Positions 29,108 through 38,166 of a stretch of 58,576 nucleotides of DNA are shown in pieces. Below the pieces are notes generated by a model. That model was not told where the DNA came from. It searched no databases and was given only the letters and a program-made list of their open reading frames with translations. A program made the position numbers and the translations under genes. The stretch's first letter is position 1. Each line of letters opens with the position of its first letter. The DNA comes from Rhodothermales bacterium (GTDB taxonomy: Bacteria > Bacteroidota > Rhodothermia > Rhodothermales > JANQRZ01): NCBI GenBank assembly GCA_038232935.1, contig JBBSMX010000006.1:1-58576 (forward strand). Direction: 5' to 3'.

Positions 29108-29136
29108 AGCCTTCCCGTTTCGGGGAGGCTTTTTTT
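29108..29136 (+). terminator. Intrinsic terminator upstream of carA
   Basis: agccttcccg-ttt-cggggaggct stem followed by T-tract. Confidence 0.75.
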
Positions 29137-29252
29137 GTATCTCCCGAGCTATGCCATGCCGTGCTGACGCCGGAAGATTCCGCAGCGGAACGTTGTTTGA
29201 TTCATCGCCAGCCGACCCTCTCTGTGTGCCCACTCTTAGTCTATCTAGCTTC

Positions 29253-30416
29253 ATGAAGTCCGAGTCCATCACTGCCCGTCGCCCCGCCAAGCTCGCGCTC
29301 GAAGACGGTACCGTCGTCACCGGCCTCGCCGTCGGCCACATCGGCGAGACGGCCGGGGAGCTGTGCTTCAACACGAGCATGGCCGGCTACCAGGAAATCA
29401 TGACGGACCCGAGCTACGTCGGGCAGATCATGATGATGACGTACCCCCACATTGGCAACTACGGTGCGTCCGAGCAGGACCTCGAAGCGGACCGCCCGAT
29501 GGTTGCCGGCCTCGTCACGCGGGCGTTCGTGGACCACTACTCGAACGAGAACGCGGACGAGAGCCTCGAGGATTGGATGCGGCGGCACGAGCTCGTCGGC
29601 ATCACGGGCGTCGACACGCGGCGGCTCGTGCGGCACATCCGCGAGGGCGGCGTGCAGAACGCCGTGATCTCCTCCACCGACCTCGACGACGAGCGCCTCG
29701 TCGCGAAGGCGCGTGCTCACCCGAGCATGGCGGGGTTGGAGCTCGCCAGCCGCGTCACCACGCCCGAGCCCTACGACTTCCGCCTCGACGCCGGCGAGGC
29801 CGCCGGGACGACGGGCGGCCCGCGTATCGCCGTCTACGACTACGGCGTCAAGCGCAACATCCTCCGCAGCTTTGCTCGGCGCGGCTGCACCGTCCGCGTC
29901 TTCCCCGCCGGCACGCCGCTCGACGCGGTCCGCGCGTGGAATCCCGACGGCGTATTCCTCTCGAACGGCCCCGGCGACCCGCGCGCAATGCCCGGCGCGG
30001 TGGAGACGGCGAAGCAGGCCGCGTCCGAGGGCGACCTGCCCGTCTTCGGCATCTGCCTCGGCCACCAACTCATGGCACTCGCTGCCGGGATGGAGGTCTA
30101 CAAGATGAAGGTCGGCCACCGGGGCGCGAACCAGCCGGTCAAAAACCTCGACCGCGGCCACGTCGAGATCTCGACGCAGAACCACGGGTTCGCCGTCGAA
30201 GAGGGCTCGATCACCGAGGACGTGGCGCGCGTCACCCACCAGAACCTCAACGACGGGACCGTGGAGGGCCTGCGGTTCGCCGCGTACCCCGGCCTCTCCG
30301 TCCAGTACCACCCGGAGTCGTCGCCCGGCCCGCACGACAGCGCCTACCTCTTCGACGAGTTCCTCGACCTCGTGCGCGCGACGCGAGGCATTTCCGCCCG
30401 TACCGAAACCGCCTGA
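29253..30416 (+). CDS. carA: Carbamoyl-phosphate synthase small subunit
   Basis: GELCFNTSMAGYQE, LSNGPGDP, GICLGHQ, QYHPE motifs. Confidence 0.97.
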   Translation: MKSESITARRPAKLALEDGTVVTGLAVGHIGETAGELCFNTSMAGYQEIMTDPSYVGQIMMMTYPHIGNYGASEQDLEADRPMVAGLVTRAFVDHYSNENADESLEDWMRRHELVGITGVDTRRLVRHIREGGVQNAVISSTDLDDERLVAKARAHPSMAGLELASRVTTPEPYDFRLDAGEAAGTTGGPRIAVYDYGVKRNILRSFARRGCTVRVFPAGTPLDAVRAWNPDGVFLSNGPGDPRAMPGAVETAKQAASEGDLPVFGICLGHQLMALAAGMEVYKMKVGHRGANQPVKNLDRGHVEISTQNHGFAVEEGSITEDVARVTHQNLNDGTVEGLRFAAYPGLSVQYHPESSPGPHDSAYLFDEFLDLVRATRGISARTETA

Positions 30417-30420
30417 CCCC

Positions 30421-30657
30421 ATGTCCACCGAACGCAAAGCCCACGTCGTCTATTTCGACCCCAACTGGCCGGGCGAGGGCGAAAGCCTCCGCCTGCTCAA
30501 CGACCTCATGAACGACGGATGGCGGCCGATTCAGATGACCGCGATGGGCGGTGCCGCCGCGGGAACGCCGTCCGGGGCCGATATGCAGGCCGGCTACGCC
30601 GCGCTCGTCATCCTCCAGCGCGAGAGGGAGTACGCCGTCAGCGGCTTCGGCGGCTGA
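30421..30657 (+). CDS. Small hypothetical protein between carA and carB
   Basis: ATG 4 nt after carA stop; host-like codon usage; 78 aa. Confidence 0.6.
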   Translation: MSTERKAHVVYFDPNWPGEGESLRLLNDLMNDGWRPIQMTAMGGAAAGTPSGADMQAGYAALVILQREREYAVSGFGG

Positions 30658-30682
30658 CCACCCCCACATCACGATAACGCCT

Positions 30683-30739
30683 GTAGGGGCGACCCTCGTG
30701 GTCGCCCTTTCCGTGGGCGGGCACCAGACCCGCCCCTAC
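30683..30739. repeat. GTAG-family REP doublet (REPIN-like)
   Basis: GTAGGGGCGACCCTCGTGGTCGCCC and inverted GGGCGGGCACCAGACCCGCCCCTAC, each an internal palindrome. Confidence 0.8.
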
Positions 30740-30766
30740 GTCACGAAATACAACTCCGATATTCCT

Positions 30767-33598
30767 GTGCCCAAACGCACCGACATCCGCAAGATCCTCC
30801 TCATCGGCTCCGGCCCTATCGTCATCGGGCAGGCCTGCGAGTTCGATTACTCCGGCAGCCAAGCGGCCAAAGCCCTCCGCGCCGAAGGCTACGAGGTCAT
30901 CCTCGTCAACTCGAACCCGGCCACGATCATGACCGACCCGGTCATGGCCGACAAGGTGTACCTCCAGGAACTGACGCCGAAGTCCATCAAGCAGATCGTC
31001 GAGATCGAACGGCCCGACGCGGTGCTCCCGACGATGGGCGGGCAGACGGCGCTCAACCTCGCCGAAGTCCTCCACGAGGAAGGCTACTGGAAGAAGATGG
31101 GCGTGGACGTGATCGGCGTGGACATCGACGCCATTCGCATCACCGAGGACCGGCAGCAGTTCCGCGACCTCATGGAGCGAATCGGCATCGACCAGGCCCG
31201 CAGCCGCGTGGCGAAGTCGCTCCTCGAAGCCAAAGAGATCACACAGGAGCTCGGCGGCGAGCCGATCGTGATCCGGCCGAGTTTCACGATGGGCGGGGCC
31301 GGCGGGGGCATCGTCTGGAGCCACGACCAGTTCGATCGGAAGGTTTCGCGCGGGCTGGAGCTCTCGCCTGTCCACGAGGTGCTCATCGAGGAGTGCCTCT
31401 TCGGGTGGAAGGAGTACGAACTGGAACTGCTGCGCGACAGCGCCGAGAACGTCGTCATCATCTGCTCCATCGAGAACCTCGACCCGATGGGCGTTCACAC
31501 GGGCGATTCGGTGACGGTCGCCCCGCAGCAGACGCTGACCGACAAGCAGTTCCAGCAGATGCGCGACGCCGCGATCAAGGCGATGCGCTCGATCGGGACG
31601 TTCGCGGGCGGGTGCAACATCCAGTTCGCGTTCCACCCGCAGACGGGGCGGATGGTCGTCATCGAGATCAACCCGCGCGTCTCGCGCTCCTCGGCTCTCG
31701 CCTCGAAGGCGACGGGCTATCCCATCGCCAAAGTCGCCGCCCGCCTCGCCGTCGGCTACACGCTCGACGAGCTACCGAACGAGATCACGGGTACGACGAG
31801 CGCCTGCTTCGAGCCCGCCATCGACTACGTCGTGACCAAAATCCCGCGCTTCAACTTCGAGAAATTCGAGGGCGTGGACGAGGAGCTGACGACGCAGATG
31901 AAGGCCGTCGGTGAGGTGATGGCGATCGGCCGGACGTTCACCGAGAGCCTGCAGAAAGCGTGGCAGAGCCTCGAACTCGGCTACGCCGGCCTCGGCGCGG
32001 ACCGTGAGGCCGACGACCGGAAGACCGTCCGTGAGCGGCTGAGCAAGCCGTATTGGGACCGGACGCTCCAGATCCGCAGCGCCTTCACGCACGGCGCGAG
32101 CGTCGAGGAGATCGCTGACATCACGAAGACGGATCCGTGGTTCCTGTACCAGATCCGCCACCTCGTCGAGGTCGAGCGCGAGATCGCGGAGCACCCGCTC
32201 CACGGGCTCGACCGGGACCTGCTTCTGCGGGCCAAGCAGCACGGCTTCTCGGACATCCAACTCGCGTGGCTCGTGCAGGGCGACACGACGGAAGAGGACG
32301 TGCGCGCTCACCGCCAGTCGCTCGGGCTGAAGCCGACGTTCCGGGTGGTGGATACCTGCGCGGGCGAGTTCGAAGCGCAGACGCCGTACTTCTACTCGAC
32401 GTATGATCTCGGGGAGAACGAGAGCGCGGTGTCGGACCGGGAGAAAATCCTCGTCATCGGGTCCGGCCCGAACCGGATCGGGCAGGGCATCGAGTTCGAC
32501 TACTCGTGCGTCCACGGCGTCCTCGCGGTCAAGGAGATGGGCTACGAGGCCATCATGATCAACTGCAACCCCGAGACCGTCTCCACCGACTTCGACGTGG
32601 CCGACAAGCTCTACTTCGAGCCGGTCTACTGGGAGCGCGTCTTCGACGTGATCGAGCACGAGCAGCCGACGGGCGTGATCGTCCAACTCGGCGGCCAGAC
32701 CGCCATCAAGCTCGCCGACGACATCGAGCAGCGCGGCTTCCGCATCTTCGGCACGCCGTACCACATGATGGACCTCGCCGAGGACCGGGGCAAGTTCTCG
32801 GGCGTGCTGAAGGAGCTGGAGATCCCGTCGCCGCCCTACGGCATGGCGCACGACGTGGATGAGGCGGTGGTGGTATCCGAAAAGATCGGCTACCCGATCT
32901 TGATCCGGCCGAGCTATGTCCTCGGCGGGCAGGGGATGCGGATCGCCATCAACAAAGAGGAGGTGGCCGAGTACGTCGAGAACATCCTCCGCACGATGCC
33001 GAACAACGAGATCCTCCTCGACCTCTTCCTCGAAAACGCCATCGAGGTGGACTGCGATGCGATCTTCGACGGCGACGAGCTCGAAGTCTGCGGCATCCTC
33101 CAGCACATCGAGCCCGCCGGCGTCCACTCCGGCGACTCGACGGCCGTGCTCCCGCCGTACTCCCTCTCCGAGACGGTGCAGGCGACGATTCGCCGCTACA
33201 CCGAAGACATCGCGCGGCGGCTGGCCGTGCGCGGGCTCATCAACGTGCAGTACGCCATCAAAGACGAGACGGTGTACGTGATCGAGGCGAACCCGCGCGC
33301 GAGCCGGACCGTTCCGTTCATCGCGAAGGCGACGGGGATCCCGTACGCGAACGTGGCGACGAAAGTGATGCTTGGCGAGAAGCTCGCGACCTTCCGCGAG
33401 GCCGGGCTGCTGGAGAGCACGCTCACCGGCTTCGCCGTGAAGGAGCCTGTGTTCTCGTGGGAGAAGTTCCCCGAAGTGCGCAAGGAACTCGGCCCCGAGA
33501 TGAAGTCCACCGGCGAGTCCATCGTGTTCGTGGACGACCTCGACGACGAGCACTTCGCCAAGCCGTACGAGATGCGGAACCTCTACCTCTCGCGCTAG
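30767..33598 (+). CDS. carB: Carbamoyl-phosphate synthase large subunit (no C-terminal MGS-like domain)
   Basis: [52 protein letters not shown]; GTG start; 943 aa. Confidence 0.97.
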   Translation: MPKRTDIRKILLIGSGPIVIGQACEFDYSGSQAAKALRAEGYEVILVNSNPATIMTDPVMADKVYLQELTPKSIKQIVEIERPDAVLPTMGGQTALNLAEVLHEEGYWKKMGVDVIGVDIDAIRITEDRQQFRDLMERIGIDQARSRVAKSLLEAKEITQELGGEPIVIRPSFTMGGAGGGIVWSHDQFDRKVSRGLELSPVHEVLIEECLFGWKEYELELLRDSAENVVIICSIENLDPMGVHTGDSVTVAPQQTLTDKQFQQMRDAAIKAMRSIGTFAGGCNIQFAFHPQTGRMVVIEINPRVSRSSALASKATGYPIAKVAARLAVGYTLDELPNEITGTTSACFEPAIDYVVTKIPRFNFEKFEGVDEELTTQMKAVGEVMAIGRTFTESLQKAWQSLELGYAGLGADREADDRKTVRERLSKPYWDRTLQIRSAFTHGASVEEIADITKTDPWFLYQIRHLVEVEREIAEHPLHGLDRDLLLRAKQHGFSDIQLAWLVQGDTTEEDVRAHRQSLGLKPTFRVVDTCAGEFEAQTPYFYSTYDLGENESAVSDREKILVIGSGPNRIGQGIEFDYSCVHGVLAVKEMGYEAIMINCNPETVSTDFDVADKLYFEPVYWERVFDVIEHEQPTGVIVQLGGQTAIKLADDIEQRGFRIFGTPYHMMDLAEDRGKFSGVLKELEIPSPPYGMAHDVDEAVVVSEKIGYPILIRPSYVLGGQGMRIAINKEEVAEYVENILRTMPNNEILLDLFLENAIEVDCDAIFDGDELEVCGILQHIEPAGVHSGDSTAVLPPYSLSETVQATIRRYTEDIARRLAVRGLINVQYAIKDETVYVIEANPRASRTVPFIAKATGIPYANVATKVMLGEKLATFREAGLLESTLTGFAVKEPVFSWEKFPEVRKELGPEMKSTGESIVFVDDLDDEHFAKPYEMRNLYLSR

Positions 33599-33625
33599 CG
33601 TCGGGGCGCTGCCGACGAAACGTAT

Positions 33626-33657
33626 GCGGGGCCGGACCAAGCTCGGTCCGGCCCCGC
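33626..33657. terminator. Perfect 13-bp hairpin between convergent genes
   Basis: gcggggccggacc-aagctc-ggtccggccccgc; no clear U-tract. Confidence 0.5.
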
Positions 33658-33684
33658 GTGCTACAGGGTTGGTTGAGGGGGCGA

Positions 33685-33864
33685 TCAGCCAGCGGCAGCA
33701 AGCTCGCCGTCGAAGAGGTGGTCGTAGAGGTCGGCTTCGTCGAACGTGAGAGAGGTGTCGAAAGAGATGATGGGGGTCCGCACGAGGCGGAACAGGGCGT
33801 AGGGAGCGGCGGCGGCGAGGAGCGCTACCCAGAAGGCGCGCTGAGAAAGAGAAAGCTCTGACAT
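33685..33864 (-). CDS. Small hypothetical membrane protein
   Basis: MSELSLSQRAFWVALLAAAAPYALF..., 59 aa. Confidence 0.45.
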   Translation of the reverse strand: MSELSLSQRAFWVALLAAAAPYALFRLVRTPIISFDTSLTFDEADLYDHLFDGELAAAG

Positions 33865-34029
33865 CGGGGTACCTGGTTTGTTGACACGTTGCGGCATTAA
33901 TTCCGCAGTGCGGCATAGGTTCTGTAAGCTGTGTTAATTGTGTGTGCTGTTTTCCGGCCGTCGCGTCGTTGCGTTATCGGCTCCTGGGACGGATATTCCT
34001 CCTCGCCCTCTCACCTCACCGCACGCAAT

Positions 34030-34467
34030 ATGGCTGCCCCTCAGTACTGGACTCCGGAGTTCGTGGCGGCCTTCGTCGAACGGCTGAACGACGACGCTGC
34101 CTTTCAGAAAGCCGCCGGCTCGTTCGCGAACACCATCATCCTCCGGTGCCTGGACCACCCCACCGGGCAGGATATCGAAGCGGCTTACACGTTCGAGGAC
34201 GGGGAGGTCACGAACGTCGAGCTCTGGATGGAGGAGGCCGGGGACGCTGATTTTCGCGGCGATCCCTTCGACAAGTCTGCCGCTCTCGCTCGTGCCACCG
34301 CGCCGTACGCCATCTGGGTCCAGCTCGACAAAGGCGAGATGAGCCCGCTCGGCGCCCTGACCTCGCCCGACTACACGATCGAGGGGCCGAAGCTCAAGAT
34401 CATGTCGAACATGGGCGTGCTCAACGGCATGGGCGAGGTCGCCTCGCGTGTCGAGAAAACGTACTGA
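34030..34467 (+). CDS. SCP2 sterol/lipid-binding domain protein
   Basis: WTPEFV...LNDD...APYAIW...GEMSPLGAL....IEG..LKIM pattern; adjacent to lipid storage genes. Confidence 0.7.
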   Translation: MAAPQYWTPEFVAAFVERLNDDAAFQKAAGSFANTIILRCLDHPTGQDIEAAYTFEDGEVTNVELWMEEAGDADFRGDPFDKSAALARATAPYAIWVQLDKGEMSPLGALTSPDYTIEGPKLKIMSNMGVLNGMGEVASRVEKTY

Positions 34468-34576
34468 TGCGTAATGAGTGAAACGTAAAACGTACGGGGG
34501 CTTTGCCACAGCGCTCCGTCATCGGCATGCTTACGTTTTACGTGTCACGCTTTTTATCCCTAACCCCGCTCCCGTC

Positions 34577-35392
34577 ATGGCCGAGAAAAAGAAAGTCACC
34601 ATCGTCACCAAAAAGAAGAAGAGCAGCGGTGCGGCCGATGCGTCGAGCCCGAGGCCGGAGGCGTCCGCTGGGAGCAAAGCCGGCACGAAGAAGAAGGCGG
34701 CGAAGAAGAAGACCGGGCTGCTCGGCTTGCCGGCCCTCCCGGATCTGCTGGACTTCCCCGCCGGCCTCGCCGACAGCGCCCGCGAGGTGTGGATGGCCGG
34801 GATCGGCGCGCTCTCGAGCGTCGAGGAGCTGGGGGCCGAGCTGTTCGAGCAGCTCGTGAAGAAGGGCGAGAGCTGGGAGCGGGAGAGCCGCAAGATGCTG
34901 ACGTCCGCCACGAAGCAAGCCGGGGCCGCCGTCGAAGGCGCGCGGGCCACGGCGGAGAGCATCGGGCAGAAACCCCTCGCGTGGACCAGCGCCGTGGAAG
35001 CGCAGGTCGAGCGGGTCGTCGAGGAGTCCATCGAGGGCGTGCTGCACCGGATGAACGTGCCGACGCACGACGAGGTGCAGGACCTGATCCAACGTGTCAG
35101 CGCACTCTCGGGGAAGGTGGACGCGCTCTCGGCCCGCCTCAAGCTCGACCGCGCCGACCGTGAGAGCGAGAAGCCGGTCGACGCGGTGAGCACAACGGTG
35201 CTCCACGTCGTCCCGCATGCTGAAGGCTGGGCGGTGGAGAAGGAGGGCGCGAGCCGTGCTTCGAGCGTCCATGCTACCAAGTCCGAAGCCGTCTCAGCTG
35301 GGCGGGAGCGGGCGAAGTCCGGCGCATCGGGCCGCCTCGTCGTTCACCGGCAAGACGGCACGGTACAGGACAGCTTCAGCTACGGGGAGTAG
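34577..35392 (+). CDS. Phasin (PhaF/PhaI-like) with Lys-rich N-terminus and C-terminal DUF2188
   Basis: SAREVWMAGIGAL...LFEQLVKKGE...LHRMNVPT..EV..L..RV..L; HVVPH..GWAV..EGA.RAS....TK.EA...GR...LVVHRQDG. Confidence 0.8.
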   Translation: MAEKKKVTIVTKKKKSSGAADASSPRPEASAGSKAGTKKKAAKKKTGLLGLPALPDLLDFPAGLADSAREVWMAGIGALSSVEELGAELFEQLVKKGESWERESRKMLTSATKQAGAAVEGARATAESIGQKPLAWTSAVEAQVERVVEESIEGVLHRMNVPTHDEVQDLIQRVSALSGKVDALSARLKLDRADRESEKPVDAVSTTVLHVVPHAEGWAVEKEGASRASSVHATKSEAVSAGRERAKSGASGRLVVHRQDGTVQDSFSYGE

Positions 35393-35477
35393 TGGGCGTG
35401 TGGGCGGAAACTGGGAAAGGTAGTGAGGCTGTCGCCTTCTCCGTCTACCGTCCTCACCCGTCCACTGTCCACCGTTC

Positions 35478-36860
35478 TCACCCGCCGAACTCCTCCGCCA
35501 TCGCATCGAGCTCGTCGTGCATCCCCCCGACGATTGCCGTGGGATCGGGGACCATGCGGGCGTCCGTAGCGATACCGAGGAGCACCTCGTCGGCGTAGCT
35601 GATGATGCTGACGCCGAGGCCGATGTCCCCTGCGCGCGGGACCCAGAACATGATGCGGTTGATCGGGTTGCCGAGGAAGTGGAGCTGCTCTCGCGGCCCT
35701 GGCACGTTCGTCATCACCGCCGAGACCTTCGAGCTGAGGATGTCCACGACCTGCTGGTGCATCATCTCCGGCCCGGCCCCGATGGCCTGAATGATGGCGA
35801 ACGCGACGCCGGGCTCGGCCGAGCTTTTGATCTCGTCCATCCGCTGCTTGATTTCGAGCAGGCGCTCCCGCGCGTCGACGATGCCGACGGGGAGGGAGAG
35901 GAACGCGAGCCCGAACACGTTGCCGAGGTCAAACGCCCGTTCGAGGGGCCGGAGGTTGACAGGGATGGCGGCTCGTATCTCGACCCCTGCCGTCGACTCG
36001 CCGTGGGCGTCGAGGTAGCGGCGGAGGCCGCCCGCCACGGCAGCGAGCAGCACGTCGTTCACCTTCGCCCCGCTGCCGCGCCCGATCTTTTTCACGCGGT
36101 CGAGGGGGATCGGCTGGGACCACGCGGCGCGCTTCATCACGCCGGCCGGCGCTTTGAACCGCGTCTCGGAGTCGCTCGCCATGAGGGCGATCTTGCTGGC
36201 GGCAGCGCCAATGCTCATGCCCTGCTTGGCCCAATCGAGGGCTTTGCCGGGATGCTGGATCAAGTCGAAGCCGCCGGTGACGACGGAGCCCGCCGCCCGC
36301 CCTACCTGATTCACCGCCTTGCCGACGGGTTTGAGGAAGCGGCCCACGAGGCTCCGCTCGGACGGGTCGTGGCCGTAGCTCGGGGTCGCCCGCGTCGGGT
36401 CGAACACCTCATCGGCGAGGGAGATGAGGACGTGGATGAGCGCGATCCCGTCGCCGATGCAGTGGTGGAGCCGGCCGACGAGGGCGCTCCCCCCGTCGAA
36501 GTGCTCGATGAGGTGGAACTGCCACGGTGGCTTCGAGAAGTCGAGCGGCGTGCTCATTAGGTCGCTGACGAGCTCTTCGAGCGAGGACTTCTTGTCCGGC
36601 ACGGCGAGGCCGACACGGTAGACGTGCGCGTCGATGTCGAAGTGCGGGTCGGTCTTCCACGTCGGTGTCCCGTTCGGGTAGACGACCCGCTGCCGGAAGC
36701 GCTCGAAGATCAGCAGCCGCTCCTCGATGAGTTGCTTGAGGTCGTCTAGGTCCATCGGTCGGTCGAACCCGATGACCCCGACGATCGTCATCGGGTTGAC
36801 GGAGGACTCCATGCGGAGCCAGGCTACGTCGGCCGCGCCGAGCTTTTGGGTCGTCGCCAT
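35478..36860 (-). CDS. Wax ester synthase/diacylglycerol acyltransferase (WS/DGAT)
   Basis: HHCIGDG catalytic motif, KVNDVLLA, PVNLR, TNVPGP. Confidence 0.93.
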   Translation of the reverse strand: MATTQKLGAADVAWLRMESSVNPMTIVGVIGFDRPMDLDDLKQLIEERLLIFERFRQRVVYPNGTPTWKTDPHFDIDAHVYRVGLAVPDKKSSLEELVSDLMSTPLDFSKPPWQFHLIEHFDGGSALVGRLHHCIGDGIALIHVLISLADEVFDPTRATPSYGHDPSERSLVGRFLKPVGKAVNQVGRAAGSVVTGGFDLIQHPGKALDWAKQGMSIGAAASKIALMASDSETRFKAPAGVMKRAAWSQPIPLDRVKKIGRGSGAKVNDVLLAAVAGGLRRYLDAHGESTAGVEIRAAIPVNLRPLERAFDLGNVFGLAFLSLPVGIVDARERLLEIKQRMDEIKSSAEPGVAFAIIQAIGAGPEMMHQQVVDILSSKVSAVMTNVPGPREQLHFLGNPINRIMFWVPRAGDIGLGVSIISYADEVLLGIATDARMVPDPTAIVGGMHDELDAMAEEFGG

Positions 36861-37278
36861 AGGAGTAGAGAAGGAATCGGTGGGAACGAGAAGGTAGGGG
36901 CAACCGCGAGAAGTAAGCACCGGCGTAGAGCGCGCTCCGCGTGAATCAAGGCGGGTGCTTGAGCCACGCTGGAAAGTAGCCGGGAATCGGTGAGTTGATT
37001 CCGTTATTGTATTATGAATAATAGGAGCCTGAATGCATAGAAATGGCCCGGATAGCCGGTTATCTGTTATTGGTATAGAGCACAGGGTTGTTCTCCGTGA
37101 TCCGGCACCCTATCTTCCGATCACCTCATGCCGCCGGAGACGGAGCCCTCGTTAGAACGTGCTCCGCCAGTCGCGTCACTGAAAAGCCTGGCCTCCGAGT
37201 CGGGCTTTTCGGTCCCAGGGCGACACGCAGCAAAGGATGGCGGCAGCCGGAGTCCGGATCGAGAGGTGGAGGAGCGAT

Positions 37279-37310
37279 TGTGGATAACGATCTCGATATC
37301 TTGTGTATAA
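37279..37310. promoter_or_regulatory. Two tandem DnaA boxes
   Basis: TGTGGATAA (37279-37287) and TGTGTATAA (37302-37310), both reverse complements of the TTWTNCACA consensus. Confidence 0.6.
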
Positions 37311-37327
37311 CTCGGGGCAAGATGTCC

Positions 37328-37355
37328 TTGACTTCACACGGACTTCGCGTTTAAT
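37328..37355 (+). promoter_or_regulatory. Putative sigma70-type promoter (TTGACT-16nt-TTTAAT)
   Basis: Hexamers read directly, immediately 5' of the structured region. Confidence 0.5.
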
Positions 37356-37360
37356 TGAGC

Positions 37361-37950
37361 GTAGTGCTTTCGGGCACAAACGTTCCTTGACGCGACTGAA
37401 GTTCTCCAGGCTGCATGAGGTCGCCGGCATGGTCCGGCGAGGACACGGAGCAGCTCAGATTCCCGGCCTCCCCCTCCTCGCAAGAGGACGGCATGGTTCG
37501 GGTGCGCTGAGTGAGCGCCAGGTAAGCCCACCGTTTCGAGTAGCCCGGTCCAACCGGGCGGAAGAGATGCGTGGCAGATGTCTCGCCGAAGTGACTCGTT
37601 CACACCCACGTCGGAGAAAATGTGTCTGGGCGGTCGTTGATCGACTGTTGTGCATTAGCACGACGGACGGTTAATAACACCACAGTTCGACTCCGTCGTT
37701 CTAAGCGTGTACCGCAGCACGCAGAACCACGTCCTCGGGACAGCGATGTCCTAGGCCGTGTCGTTCGGTGCAAGAACCAGCCTGCCACTCTATCCCGTAT
37801 TGCCCGGGTGAGGCCTGACGGCCAACACGCTCGGATCGACACGGTCACGACGACCTTCGGGTCGAAGCGAGGCCTTTGGGGCCGACGGAGGAAGGGCTGT
37901 CGCGTCAGGAACCCTTTTGACGGGCCGGTGCCTCGGGTACCGGCCCGTCA
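37361..37950 (+). ncRNA. Candidate large structured non-coding RNA (~590 nt), family not recognised
   Basis: No credible ORF; closing helix 37382-37396/37899-37912; nested helices; UUCG and GCAA tetraloop hairpins; upstream promoter-like element; 15-bp terminal hairpin 37918-37950. Confidence 0.6.
37918..37950 (+). terminator. Long terminal hairpin (putative terminator or 3' stabiliser)
   Basis: tgacgggccggtgcc-tcg-ggtaccggcccgtca followed by ctattt. Confidence 0.6.
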
Positions 37951-38166
37951 CTATTTGAGGTCTGCACGATCTGTGTTTGGTTCGAGGAGAAGCAGTGCTG
38001 CGCGGCCGTCGGTCGGGCATCGGGAGCGGGTGACCGCGCCGGGCGCGTTCCGGCCTACGTCGGAAGATCTGCAGGAAGTCTGGTGAACTCCGACGGCATC
38101 GAGTGAGACGCAACCCGGCCCGGTCCGTATCTTCAGCGCCACCCACTTCCCCTCTCTGTGCCCAAC

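Noticed and set aside
30767-33598. CarB truncated (no MGS-like domain) as a pseudogene
   Set aside because: Clean stop followed by a hairpin; short CarB forms are known in Bacteroidota-related lineages
37361-37950. Identification as tmRNA, RNase P RNA, rRNA fragment or group II intron
   Set aside because: No tRNA-like GGGG...CCA ends, no GAGGAAAGUCC motif, no recognisable domain V or rRNA sequence seen by eye; an Rfam scan is still needed
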